DNA of 64,000 nucleotides, taken from Vulcanimicrobiota bacterium. GTDB lineage: Bacteria; Vulcanimicrobiota; Vulcanimicrobiia; Eremiobacterales; Eremiobacteraceae. A program made the translations under genes and the position numbers. The first letter of the stretch is position 1. Each line of letters opens with the position of its first letter. The DNA is taken from NCBI GenBank assembly GCA_963805945.1, contig CAWDVP010000004.1, positions 1-64,000 on the forward strand, given 5' to 3'. The notes below the pieces were generated by a model. The model ran no database searches. It was given only the letters and a program-made list of their open reading frames with translations, and had not been told where the DNA came from. Positions 41,376 to 52,182 of this stretch are shown here, one piece after another.

Positions 41376-43917
41376 TCAGCGGCGGGGGCGGCCGTTCTTG
41401 CGCTGTTCCAGGTCGGCGAACTTCGAGAGCAGCTTCGCGTTCGCGGCGCGCAGCTCGTCGATGTCGAGCCGCAGCCGTTTGACCTCGTCCGATTGCGCGG
41501 TGCTCGAGCGGATGCGCTGCGCCGCTTCGACCGCCATGGTCTTGAGCCGTCCGTCCACGTCGAGCCCGGCGATGCGGTCCAACTCGGGCAGCGCCGCCGT
41601 CGCGCCCAGCGCGCCCAGCGCGTGGATGGCCGCGGTTCGGACGCGCAGCGCCGGGTCGTGCAGCAGATCGACGAGCGCGTCGACGACATCCTTGCGCCGC
41701 TCGCCGAGCTTCCCGAGCGCGTGGACCGCCGCCCGGCGCGCTTCGAGCGGCCGGCCGTAGGCGGTCCATTCGAGCGCGATGGGGATCGCGCGCTCGTCGC
41801 CGAGCGAGCCGAAGCCTGCGAAGACGCCGCAGCGTATCACTTCGTCGAACGATTCTTTGGATAGCGCTTTGCGCAGCAGGTCGAACGCCCGCTTCGACTT
41901 CGTGCGGCCGATGGACGCGGCGGCGGCCTCCTCGACGAAATATGACGGATCGGATGCGAGCAGCGGTTCGAGCGCGCGGCACGCCTCGTCGCCGCGGAAC
42001 TCGCCCAGCGCCGACGCGACCGCGCGGCGCGCTTTCGGATGCGCGACCTTGCGTCCGCGGACCAGCGCCGCGAACGCGGCGTCGGTCTTGATCTGGCCTA
42101 GGGCCGCGGCCGCTTCCGCGCGGACGCCCCAGAACGTGTCGCCCTCGAGCGCGGCGGCGAGCCCCTCGACGACGTCAGGCGCCGCATCGCGCGCGAGCGC
42201 GCGCGCGGCCGCGACGCGTGCGCCGACCTGCGCGGCGTGGCGCAGCTGATGCAGCAGCATCGCGCGCGGCACGTCGAGCTTGACGGTCTTCGGCACGTCG
42301 GCGTTCGGATCGAAGGCGAACGCTTCCGGCCGCGCGGGCAGCGGGAAGCGGAACGATTGCTCGCGCGCGTCGCACAGCTCGCGGCGCGTCTCGCGTTTGC
42401 CGCGCGGCAAGGTGAACTCGAAATCGATGGGGACGGCGAAGAGCGCGGTGGCGTCGTTCGAGCCCTGCGTCTGCTTCACGTCGACGACCGCGGCTTTGGC
42501 CTCTGCATCCCAGCGGTACGCGACGGTGAATTCAGGGTGGCCGGCGCCGAACACCCACTGGTCGAAGAAGCGCGCGAAGTTGACGCCCGCTCGCCTTCTC
42601 GACCGCGCGCGCGAAGTCGACGGTCTCGACGCTGCCCTGCGCGTGCTCGGTCACGTACTGCGTTGATGGCGCGCCACCACAGCTCGTCGCCCAGCTGAGT
42701 GCGCAGCATGTGCAGCACGGCGCCGCCCTTCTCGTAGAGGTGGCGGTCGAACAGATCGGCCGGCTCGAGGTACACGCTTGTGACGATCGGACGCCGATAG
42801 TGCTCGCTGTCCTCGCGCTGATAGGAATCCTGATTGATGATGGCGCGTAGGCGAACTCGTCTTCGCCGTGCTCGTGCTCTTTCCACAGCAGCTCGAAGTA
42901 GGTCGCGAACCCCTCGTTGAGCCAGGCGTGCGCCCAGTCCTTGCAGGTGAGCAGGTCGCCGAACCATTGATGGGCCAGCTCGTGCGCCACGAGCGGCTCG
43001 CTCGAATAGTCCTTATGCGCGCGCGCGTCGTGCAGCGTCGCATCGGTCTGCGTCGTGCACGACGTGTTCTCCATGCCGCCGAAGATGAACTCGCGCACGG
43101 CGATCTCGGCGTACTTCGCGTAGGGATACTTGTAGCCGATGCGCTCGTTGAAGAAGCGCAGCATCTTGGGCGTCTTGCCGAACGAGCGCAGGCCTTCAGC
43201 CTCGCGGCCCGGCTCGACGTACCACGACACCGGCACGCCGTCCGCCATGGTCGTGCGGCCGACGAACTTGCCCGCCACCACGCTGATGAGATAGGTGACG
43301 TGCGGGATGTCCATCTTCCAATGATAGGTCGTGGTCTTGCGCGCCTTGTCCGTCTCGGTCGACACGAGCGCGCCGTTGCTGAGCACGAAGAAGCCGGCAG
43401 GCACGACGGCGATGACCTCGCTCGTCGCCTTCGCGTTGGGATGGTCGACGCACGGGAACCAGTAGTGCGCGTCGGCGTCCTGGCCTTGCGTCCACACCTG
43501 CAGCGGCCGTTTCGGATAGCCTTTGTCCGGTCCGATGAAATAGATGCCTTGCTCGGGCTGGTGCACCTCGTAGTCCACCACGACCGTGGCGGACTTGCCG
43601 GCGGCCAGCCTCGGCAACTCGATGCGCAGCTGATCGCCGACGAGATCGAACGCGACCCGCTTGGCGCCGACGCGGGCGCTCAGGATGCGCATGCGCCCGG
43701 CTTGCAGTTCTAAAGAAGAGAGCGGACCGCCGACCGCGGTCACCGTCGTGGTGCAGCGCCCGTACAAGATCTTGCGCTCGAAATCGAAGGACAGCTCGAG
43801 CTTGATGTGGTCGGTCTGCGCCCGCCGGTCGGGCGCGTAGTGCTGCGTGCTGGGGGGTAGGGCGAACGCGCGGCGCCCGGATCCGTCGGCGGTGCGGCGC
43901 TTGCTGCGAGTGGTCAA
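41376..43917 (-). CDS. pepN: M1 aminopeptidase N with C-terminal HEAT repeats (frameshifted)
   Basis: GGMEN, HELAHQWFG...WLNEGFATY, YEKG; TTG start overlaps the EF-G-like stop. Confidence 0.9.
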
Positions 43918-45981
43918 CGTGCGGCCACCGCTTCCTTGCGCTCGGCGGTCACGCTCTGCGTGACCTTCGGCGGAGCGAACTCGAAGTGGTCGTGCTCGGC
44001 GCTGAAATAGCCGAGGCCCTGCGTCGCGGTGCGCAGTTCGGTGAGATAGCGCGGCAGTTCGGCCTGCGGCACGAGCGCGCGCACCACATCCCAGCCGCTG
44101 CGCTCCTCGCTCGCGCCGTAATTGAGGATCTGGCCTCTGTGCCCTGAGACCTGCTGCAACACGGTGCTGGTGAAGTGGGTCGGCACCGTGACCTCCACCT
44201 TCATGATCGGTTCGAGCAACGCCGGCTGGCACTTCGGCAAACCCTCGCGCATCGCGAGCGACGCGGCCGAGCGGAACGAAGCTTCGTTCGAGTCGACGGT
44301 GTGGTACGAGCCGTCGTAGAGCGTGACATGGACGTCGACGACGGGGAAGCCGGCGATCGGCCCCTTTTCGAGCGCCTCGCGCACGCCTTTCTCCACGCCC
44401 GGGAAGAACTGCTTGGGCACGACGCCGCCGACGATGCGCTCGTCGAACTTGATGCCGCCGCCGCGCGTCTGCGGCTGGATCTCGATGTGGACGTCGCCGA
44501 ACATGCCGTGGCCGCCGGTCTGATGTTTGTAGCGGCCCTGTTGCGTCGTCTTGGCGCCGATCGTCTCCCGGTACGGCACGGTCGGCAGATGGGTGTCGAG
44601 CTTGACGCCGTACTTGCGCTGCAGCCGCTCCACCGTCACGCCGAGATGCATCTCGCCGTGGCCGCGCAGCTGGAGCTCTTCGGTGAACGGGGCGCGCTCG
44701 GCGGTGACGCTTGGGTCTTCTTCTTTCATGCGCACGAGCAGCTGCGACAGCTTCGCTTCGTCCGCGCGATCGTGCGGGCGTATGGCCAGCGCGAAGGAGG
44801 CTTTGGCGGCCTGCGGCACCGGCATCTGCGTCTTGGCGTTGCCGGCGCACAGCGTGTCGCCGGTCTGCGTCGAATCCAGACGTGAGATCGCGACGATGCT
44901 GCCCGGCCCCGCGCTCGTCACCGATGTCTGGTTCTTGCCCTGCAGCACGAACAATCCGCCCGGCCGTTCTTTGGATTCCGGACGCCCGGGGTTGAGCAGC
45001 TGCGTGTCGCCTGCGACCGTGCCAGCGAAGATGCGCGTGACCGAGATCTTGCCGCTTTGCGGATGCACGAACGTCTTGCAGACCTGCGCGACGAGCGGCG
45101 CTGCCGGGTTGGGCTCGACCGGTTTGCCCGCCGCGTCGACGCGCGGCGTCAGCAGCGCGTCGGGGAACTGCGTGAGGATCATCTTCAGGAGCTGCGGCAC
45201 GCCCCAGCCGCGCACGCCGGCGGCGACCAGCACGGGCACGATCTTGTCCGCGCTCACGTCCGCTTCGAGGTCGTGCTCGACCTCGTCGACCGGCGGCTCT
45301 TGGCCTTCGAGGATCTCTTCCATGAGATGGTCGTCGAAGTCGGCGAGCGCTTCGAGCAGCTCTTCGTGGGGTTTGTCTGCGAAGTGTTCGGGCAGCGTCG
45401 ACGCGGTCGTCGCGCCACGCGTCGCCATACGCATACGCCTGCAGCGTGACCACGTCGACGTAGCCGGCGAGATTCTCGCCCTGGCCGATCGGCAGCTGTT
45501 CGGCGACGACGTGGTTGCCGAAACGCTGGCGCAGCTGCGCGTAGGTCGCGGGGAAATCCGCGCCGGGCCGGTCGAGCCGGTTGATGACGAAGCAGTGCGG
45601 GATCTTGCGCGACTCGAGGTGATCGACGAGGATCTCGACCTGCGGCACGCGCGCCGGGTCGGCTTCGACCACGATGACCGCCGCGTCGGCGCCGAGCAGC
45701 GCGAGCTTCGTCTCCTCAAAAAAATCGACTGCGCCGGGGCAGTCGATGATGTTGAGGCGTCCGCCGTCCGTCTGCAGGGTCGCGAAACTCGGAGCGACGG
45801 ACATCTGGTGCGCGTGCGATTCGGGATCGTGATCGGTGGTCGCGGTGCCGTCCGTCACCAGCCCTTTGCGCGGTATGGCGCCGGTGTGCGCGAGCAGCGC
45901 CTCGACGAGCGTCGTCTTGCCGCTATGATGCGGTCCGACGAAAGCCACGTTTCTGATACCTGCGGCCGCGGGCGTAGCCAT
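43914..45981 (-). CDS. Elongation factor G paralogue (EF-G2-like; frameshifted)
   Basis: GPHHSGKTT, DCPG, GEMHL, KHQTGGHG, DGSYHTVDSNE, LLEPI. Confidence 0.92.
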
Positions 45982-46143
45982 CTGAGATCACCCCCAGGAG
46001 TGGCGGTAGTGCGGTGCCCGAGCGAAGCTCGGGTCCCTACCGCTCCAGACGAAGAGCGCGAGGAAGGCCCGGCTTCGACGCCGTCGCGGCGCGCCCTGTC
46101 AACCCCCAAAGGGCGCGCCGCCATATTGTTTGAAAAACAGCAT

Positions 46144-46831
46144 ATGCTTGCGACCGCGACGCTGCGCGTCAACGAAACGTTCCTGTCCGTGCAGGGCGAG
46201 GGCAGCGCGATCGGCGCGCCGACGTTCTTCATCCGCTTGGACGGTTGCCCGCTGCGTTGCGCGTGGTGCGATACGCCCTATGCGCTCGCCGGCACTGCGG
46301 GGGTGGAGACGACGCCCGAGCAGCTCGTCGCGCGCAGCGCCGGCGCGCAGCGCATCGTCATCACCGGCGGCGAACCGCTCGCACAGGATATCGGTCCGCT
46401 CACGGCTTCGCTCGCCGGCCGCCATATCACGGTCGAGACCAGCGGCACGATCTTCGCCGATCTTCCCGTCGTCGCGCTCTTCTCGATCAGCCCGAAGGTG
46501 GGCAGTTCGGGGTACACGCCAAAGCCGGCCACGCTGCGCAAGTTCTGCGCGAGCGCCGCGGGCCGCATGCAGCTCAAGTTCGTCATCGCCGACGCGCGCG
46601 ATTATGAAGAAACATTGGCGTGCGTCGACAGAGCCTCGCCGATGCGCTCCCGCCGGCACGCCCATCATCTTGCAGCCGGAGAGCGCGAGCGCCGGCACGG
46701 GCGACGCATACGTCGGCGCGCTGCGCGCGCTGACCGAGAAGACGATCGCCGATGAACGCTGGCAGCGCTACGACGTGCGCGTGCTGCCGCAACTGCATCA
46801 CATGTTGTGGGGCGGAGAGCCCGGCCGATGA
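46144..46831 (+). CDS. queE: 7-carboxy-7-deazaguanine synthase (radical SAM; frameshifted)
   Basis: ETFLSVQGEG, CPLRCAWCDT, TGGEP, ISPK, PQLH. Confidence 0.92.
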
Positions 46832-47185
46832 TCTCGATCTCGCTCGTCTGCGATTTCGACGCCGCGCACCGGCTCGTGCTGCCGTACGAATCGCCGTGCA
46901 CGCGGCCGCACGGCCATCGCTATCAGGTGGAGATCGCCGCGTCGGCGCAGCAGCTCGAGCACGGCATGGTGGTGGACTACAACATCCTCAAAGAGGTCGT
47001 CGCCGGCGTACGACCACGTGGACCTCAACGCGCTGCCGGATTTCGCCGAACTGCCGACGACCGCCGAGAACATCGCCGTCGTGCTGGCGCGCAAGCTGCA
47101 GGCCGCCGTCGGGGCGCGCGTGAGCATCGATGAAGTGGTGGTGCGTGAATCGCCGCTGACCGCGGCGCGCTGGAAGAAGGGCTGA
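46828..47185 (+). CDS. queD: 6-carboxytetrahydropterin synthase (frameshifted)
   Basis: FDAAHRL, CTRPHGH, PTTAENIA, VRES. Confidence 0.9.
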
Positions 47186-47188
47186 CGG

Positions 47189-47222
47189 AAAAAAGAAAAG
47201 CCCGGGATCTCATATCCCAGGC
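47189..47222 (-). terminator. Intrinsic terminator of rpoZ
   Basis: Minus strand GCCTGGGAT-ATGAG-ATCCCGGGC-TTTTCTTTTTT. Confidence 0.8.
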
Positions 47223-47242
47223 CGCGTGCGCACGGAGCTTGA

Positions 47243-47497
47243 CTACTCTGCTTCTTCTTGTTCCGTCGTTTGCGGGATCTCGGGCTCCGTCGACACTTCG
47301 AGCGTGCCGGCTGCGATTTCCGCGAACGCGCTGCTCACCGCTTTTTCGGGATTGGAGCCGGCGACGGTCGATTCCGCGCCGTTGACGAGCTGTTGCGCGC
47401 GCACGCGCGCGGCGTTGACCAGAAGATACTTGTTGGGGATCCGCTCGACGAGCACGTCGATGTTGCCGAATGCCCTTGAAACGTCTTTCTCTTGCAT
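47243..47497 (-). CDS. rpoZ: RNA polymerase omega subunit
   Basis: NKYLLVNAARVRAQQL, AFAEIAAG. Confidence 0.88.
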   Translation of the reverse strand: MQEKDVSRAFGNIDVLVERIPNKYLLVNAARVRAQQLVNGAESTVAGSNPEKAVSSAFAEIAAGTLEVSTEPEIPQTTEQEEAE

Positions 47498-47602
47498 GCT
47501 TTCTTCCTGACCCGAGCTTCGCTCGGGCACTACATAATGGCTACGTTCGTCGTTGCGGGACGAACGAACCCAATAGTGATATCCGCTTTTCGCTGAATCC
47601 TA

Positions 47603-47631
47603 AGTATAACAGTACGCAAGTCGCATAACAA
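47603..47631 (-). promoter_or_regulatory. Sigma70 promoter of rpoZ with extended -10
   Basis: Minus strand TTGTTA-N17-TATACT, with TGn before the -10. Confidence 0.65.
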
Positions 47632-47671
47632 GGAGGCTGCAGCGGCAAGCGCGGCAGAAAAGCGAGGCATA

Positions 47672-48191
47672 ATGAAGCTCTTCCTCTCGATAACGGCCCT
47701 CGCCGCGCTCATCCTAATGCTCGATTCGACGCAAGCCCCAGCGATGCACCTCATCTATCCGCCGCCGGTGACGGTCCAAGTGACCGAGCCGGGCCAGCGC
47801 GTGGCGCTCGTCGACATCGATCGGACGCCGGTCGGCGCGGACATCTCGGTCATCGGCTACTACTCGCACAAGTCGGACGAGACCGACGGCGACCTGCAGG
47901 TCTATCTCATCGATCACAAAGGGCAGCTTCATGGTCGCCGAGGCGCCGCATCGCTTCCGCGACATGCGCTTCTTCATCCGCGGCCTGCATTTCCACCGCG
48001 GCGATCTCGTCATCGTGCGCGGCACGCTCACGCGACAGCTCGACAAGCCGACCGACAACTACCCCGCCGGCTGGATGGAGATCAATCCGGTCACCTCGAT
48101 CGCGCACTACCACGGCGAGATCCCGCCCGACCTCCACTACACGCAGGTCACGCGCAGCCTGTTCGGCCACACGAAGGTGGTCGAGAAGTAG
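47672..48191 (+). CDS. Secreted hypothetical protein, possible OB fold (one frameshift)
   Basis: Signal peptide; ETDGD, GDLVIVRG, WMEINPV. Confidence 0.6.
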
Positions 48192-48193
48192 CG

Positions 48194-48376
48194 ATGGAGG
48201 TCGTCGCGATCCTCGGCGAGCGTCTCTACCACGCGGCGGGCAGCGAATGCCACCGCACATTGGAGAAGGACGGCGCGCAGGTGCTCACCATCACCGCGGC
48301 GCTCGCGCACGAGGTCGGCATGGAGCCATGCGGCGTGTGCATGCTCGGCGCCGAGGAACAGCGGCCTACGCGATAA
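48194..48376 (+). CDS. Small metal-binding protein (Ada-like Zn-domain pattern)
   Basis: YH...C...GMEPCGVC; 60 aa. Confidence 0.55.
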   Translation: MEVVAILGERLYHAAGSECHRTLEKDGAQVLTITAALAHEVGMEPCGVCMLGAEEQRPTR

Positions 48377-48777
48377 ACGGCGTGAGCGCCGCGCGCAGAC
48401 CCGTCCGGCAGCTTCTTGCCCTTGAACGTCGCGCGTTCGACGCACACCAGGACGATCGTGCAGTCGGCGACTGCCGCGCCGTCGATCTTCTCGATCGCGA
48501 ACGCGAGTGAGATCGATTTCTCGCCGATGCGCTCGATGCACGCCGACACCCGAAGCTGCTCGCCCAAGCGCGCGGGGGAGCGGAAGACGCAATCGTATTT
48601 CACCCGCGGCAGCCAGCAATCGAAGCGGTCGAAGACCTCGCCGTAGGGGACGCCGGCCGCGCGGAACAGCTCCTCTTCGGCGATCTCGAAGAAGCGCACG
48701 AACGTGCCGAAGTAGACGACGCCGGCGGCGTCGACGTCGCTCCAGCGCACCCGCTCTTCGATCTGGAAGCGGCTCAT
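48366..48777 (-). CDS. YbgC/4HBT-family acyl-CoA thioesterase (frameshift near the C-terminus)
   Basis: VRWSDVDAAGVVYFG. Confidence 0.88.
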
Positions 48778-49217
48778 TTCTTCACCCCGCGCGGATCGAC
48801 GATCATGTACGTCGCGGTGCAGCGCGCGCAGATCGCGCCGCCTTCGATCTCGACGGTCGCGCTGCCGAGCATGAGCGTCTTGCCGCGATGCACGACGTCG
48901 CCGCGCGCGATGATCGGCCCCGCCGTGATCGGCCGGATGAACTGCACGTGCAGGTCAGTGGTCACCATGTCGCGGTCCTCGGGGATGAGCGAGCGCATCG
49001 CCACCGCGACCGCGGCGTCGGCATATGCGGCGACGATGCCGCCCTGCACCGCGCCTTGGTACTGCGTGAACTCTTTCTTGTACGGATAGCGCAGCACCGA
49101 GGTGCCCGGCGCGTGCGCGACGACCTCCATCTCGAAATTGTCGACGATCGGGTTGTCGTAGAACATCCGATGGAGCCGCTCGGGGATCTGGCTCGGGTCG
49201 ATGCCTTTGGCCGGCAT
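48774..49217 (-). CDS. PaaI-family thioesterase
   Basis: GAVQGG...[14 protein letters not shown]. Confidence 0.88.
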   Translation of the reverse strand: MPAKGIDPSQIPERLHRMFYDNPIVDNFEMEVVAHAPGTSVLRYPYKKEFTQYQGAVQGGIVAAYADAAVAVAMRSLIPEDRDMVTTDLHVQFIRPITAGPIIARGDVVHRGKTLMLGSATVEIEGGAICARCTATYMIVDPRGVKK

Positions 49218-49220
49218 GCG

Positions 49221-50643
49221 CTACGTCTTCGCTGTCGTGCGTGCGTCCGCGCGAGCCGGCTCGAAGCGGGCGGTGAAATGACGCAGCGGCGGCGCCTGCC
49301 ACGCGATGTCGAAGCCTTTGATGTGCTGCCGGCGCGTGTAGACGTCGGCCATGACCTCGATGACGTAGTCGATGTGGCTCTGCGTGTAGGTCCGGCGCGG
49401 GATCGCGAGGCGCACCAGCTCCATCGGCGCGAGCTGCTCCTCGCCGCTCGCATCGGTCTTGCCGAACATGACGCTGCCGATCTCGACCGCGCGGATGCCG
49501 CCCGTGAGATACAGTTCGGCGACGAGCGCCTGGCCGGGGAAGTTGCGTTTGTGGATGTGCGGCAGCAGCGCCGCCGCGTCGACGTAGATCGCGTGGCCGC
49601 CTGGCGGCTGCACGATGGGCACGCCCATCGCGGTGAAATGCCGTCCGAGGTAACCGGTCGATGCGATGCGGTAGCGCAGGTAGTCGTGTCGAGCACCTCG
49701 TGCAGTCCGATCGCGATCGCCTCGAGGTCGCGGCCGGCGAGCCCGCCGTAGGTGGGAAAGCCTTCGGTGAGGATGAGCAGCGTCGCTTCCTGTTTGGCGA
49801 GCGCATCGTCGTTGCTGGCCAAGAAGCCGCCGATGTTGACGAGGCCGTCCTTCTTCGCCGACATGGTGCCGCCGTCGGCGTACGAGAACAGCTCGCGCGC
49901 GATCTCGCGCCACGTCGCGCTCCGCGTAGCCCTCCTCCCGCTCGCGGATGAACCAGCAGTTCTCGGTGAAGCGGCACGCGTCGAGGTACAGCGGCAAGCC
50001 GTGCCGCTTGCAGACCGCGCTCACCGCTTTGATGTTCGCCATCGAGACCGGCTGGCCGCCACCCGAGTTGTTGGTCACGGTGAGCATGACCAGCGGGATG
50101 CGCTTTGCGCCCACCCGCTCGATGAGCGCTTCCAGCGCGGCGACGTCCATGTTGCCTTTGAACGGGCAGCGTGGCGGGCTCCAGGCCTTCGGGAATGGGC
50201 AGGTCCACCGCCTCGGCGCCGACGTGCTCGACGTTGGCGCGCGTGGTGTCGAAATGGGTGTTGTTGGGCACGACGTCGCCCGGCTTGCACACGATGGTGA
50301 ACAGGATGCGCTCGGCGGCGCGGCCCTGGTGCGTCGGCAGGCAGTGCTTGAAGCCGAAGATGTCGCGCACCGTGTCTGCGAAGCGGTAGTACGATGTGGC
50401 GCCGGCGTACGACTCGTCGCCGCGCATGATGCCGGCCCACTGGTTCGCGCTCATCGCGCCCGTGCCGGAGTCGGTGAGCAGGTCGATGATGACGTCTTGC
50501 GCGGGTAGTAGGAACGGGTTGTAGCCCGCCGCCTCGAGCAAGCGCTCGCGCTGGGCACGCGTGGTCATGCGCAGCGGCTCGACCGCCTTGATGCGGAAGG
50601 GCTCGATGATCGTCTTGAAGGTGGTCGGCTTATCGGACGCCAG
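49221..50643 (-). CDS. tnaA: Tryptophanase (frameshifted)
   Basis: [37 protein letters not shown] and LRHFTARF favour tryptophanase over tyrosine phenol-lyase. Confidence 0.85.
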
Positions 50644-51058
50644 CGAGCCGTCCCTCTTCGAAATCGATGAGATCGGTGCGCGTCTTGATGTTGACCTTGC
50701 CGGGAGCGATCTTCATGAGATCTTGCTTGAAGTGCGCCCAGCCCTTCTCGTTGGTGGGCAGCCAGTGCGTGATGCGCTCGTTGTGGGCTTTGAGCTCTTC
50801 TTCCGTGAGCGGCTTGCGCGCGGGTTCGAGCGCCTTGAGCACGCCGGCGTCGTCGGGCGCCTGGCGCACCGCCGCGAGGAACTGCTCCGCGTCGACGCCG
50901 AGGGTGGCGAAGAGGTAGCGGTCCATCGAGCAATCGTAGATGTATTCGCCGATCGTGCCTGCGAGCTGCGCCCGGGCTTTGTCTATCGTGCGCGGCACCA
51001 TCGCGATGCCGCCCGCCCGCTCGCGCGGGCTGCGCGGGAAGTCTTTGGTCAGATCCAT
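50630..51058 (-). CDS. DUF5069-like protein
   Basis: DLTKDFPRSP, PRTIDKARA, GEYIYDC, DFEEGR. Confidence 0.75.
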   Translation of the reverse strand: MDLTKDFPRSPRERAGGIAMVPRTIDKARAQLAGTIGEYIYDCSMDRYLFATLGVDAEQFLAAVRQAPDDAGVLKALEPARKPLTEEELKAHNERITHWLPTNEKGWAHFKQDLMKIAPGKVNIKTRTDLIDFEEGRLAGVR

Positions 51059-51133
51059 CGGACGTGCATACTTCGGAAAGATTCCGGCTTCATCCCCCAA
51101 GGAATCGCGCGACCGGCAGACAAGTCTGCGGGC

Positions 51134-51340
51134 GTGATTGCCGACCTCACGATCGCTTTGAGCCATTGCCCGAAGTGCCGCGCGCCCGGACTCGAGCGCA
51201 GGCACTACGTCTATCCCGTGCTCGGCTACGGGGAATTCGAATTCGCCTGCTTCATGTGCGGCCTCACCTTATGGCCGCAGCACGATGAGTCGCCGAAGCA
51301 GAGCTACTATCGCCGTTTGATGGATCGTTTCGCAGGCTAA
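51134..51340 (+). CDS. Small zinc-ribbon protein
   Basis: CPKC...CFMC; 68 aa; start uncertain. Confidence 0.55.
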   Translation: MIADLTIALSHCPKCRAPGLERRHYVYPVLGYGEFEFACFMCGLTLWPQHDESPKQSYYRRLMDRFAG

Positions 51341-52182
51341 GATCCCGTGCCTTGGTAATGGTCGAGGCCGCGCCGCCAGAACAGATACGCCCCGCAGAAC
51401 CATACCAGCCCCACGATCGGCGTCAGCCAGCCGAAGATCGGATTGATCTGCAGCTCGGCGCCGGCGTGCTGCTGCAGCAGCGTCGACGCCGGGAAATAGT
51501 TCATGAACGCGAACGGGAACACGAACGACAGCGTGAAGCGCACGATGCGATTGTAGATCGAGATCGGGTAACGCGTGAAGTCGTTCTCCAGCGACATCAC
51601 GACCCAGCGCAGCGCCTCGAGACGGATCACCCAGAACGCGATAGTCGCGACCGCGAGCTGTATCGCGAAGTCGATAAGCGCGCCGCCGGTCATCGCTCCG
51701 AGCAGCAGCAGCGCGGTCCACGGCGTCCAGTGCAGATGCACCAGCCACTGCGACGCCGAGAAGAACACGATCGCCACCGCGAGATCGTCGGGCCAGATCT
51801 GCCCGGGCTGCGAGAGGACCTGGAAGAGCGGGTCGAGCGGGCGCACGAGGAAGCGGTCGAACTTGCCCTCGCGGATGTGCTCGCCGACGTCGCCGACGCT
51901 GAAGAACAGCGTGTTGTTGAGCGTGTGCGCGAGCATGTAAAGCGTGTATAGGAAGAAGACTTGCTGCCACGTCCAGCCGTGCATGATGGGAAAGCGATGC
52001 ATGGTCAGCCAGATCGTCATGACCGCCGAGCCGTGCAGCACGAGCGTGAACGCCAGCCACACCCAGAAGTTCGCGCGATACTGCGCCAGCGTCAGAAAAT
52101 TGAGCCGCCAGAACTCCTTGTACATGCGCCAATAAGGCGCTAACCCCGAACCTGGCCGGACGGCGGCGATCGCGCTAGCCAC
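51337..52182 (-). CDS. ABC-2 permease (DUF990-like)
   Basis: IREGKFDRFLVRPLDP, YPISIY, YQGTGS. Confidence 0.9.
   Translation of the reverse strand: MASAIAAVRPGSGLAPYWRMYKEFWRLNFLTLAQYRANFWVWLAFTLVLHGSAVMTIWLTMHRFPIMHGWTWQQVFFLYTLYMLAHTLNNTLFFSVGDVGEHIREGKFDRFLVRPLDPLFQVLSQPGQIWPDDLAVAIVFFSASQWLVHLHWTPWTALLLLGAMTGGALIDFAIQLAVATIAFWVIRLEALRWVVMSLENDFTRYPISIYNRIVRFTLSFVFPFAFMNYFPASTLLQQHAGAELQINPIFGWLTPIVGLVWFCGAYLFWRRGLDHYQGTGS

Noticed and set aside
42532..45981. 1149-aa EF-G/aminopeptidase fusion in the ORF track
   Set aside because: Frameshift artefact; the EF-G-like gene has its own stop at 43914 and pepN starts at 43917.
46144..47185. 7-deazaguanine DNA-modification (dpd) defence island
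   Set aside because: No dpdA/tgt-like or other dpd genes nearby; ordinary queuosine precursor genes are the simpler reading.
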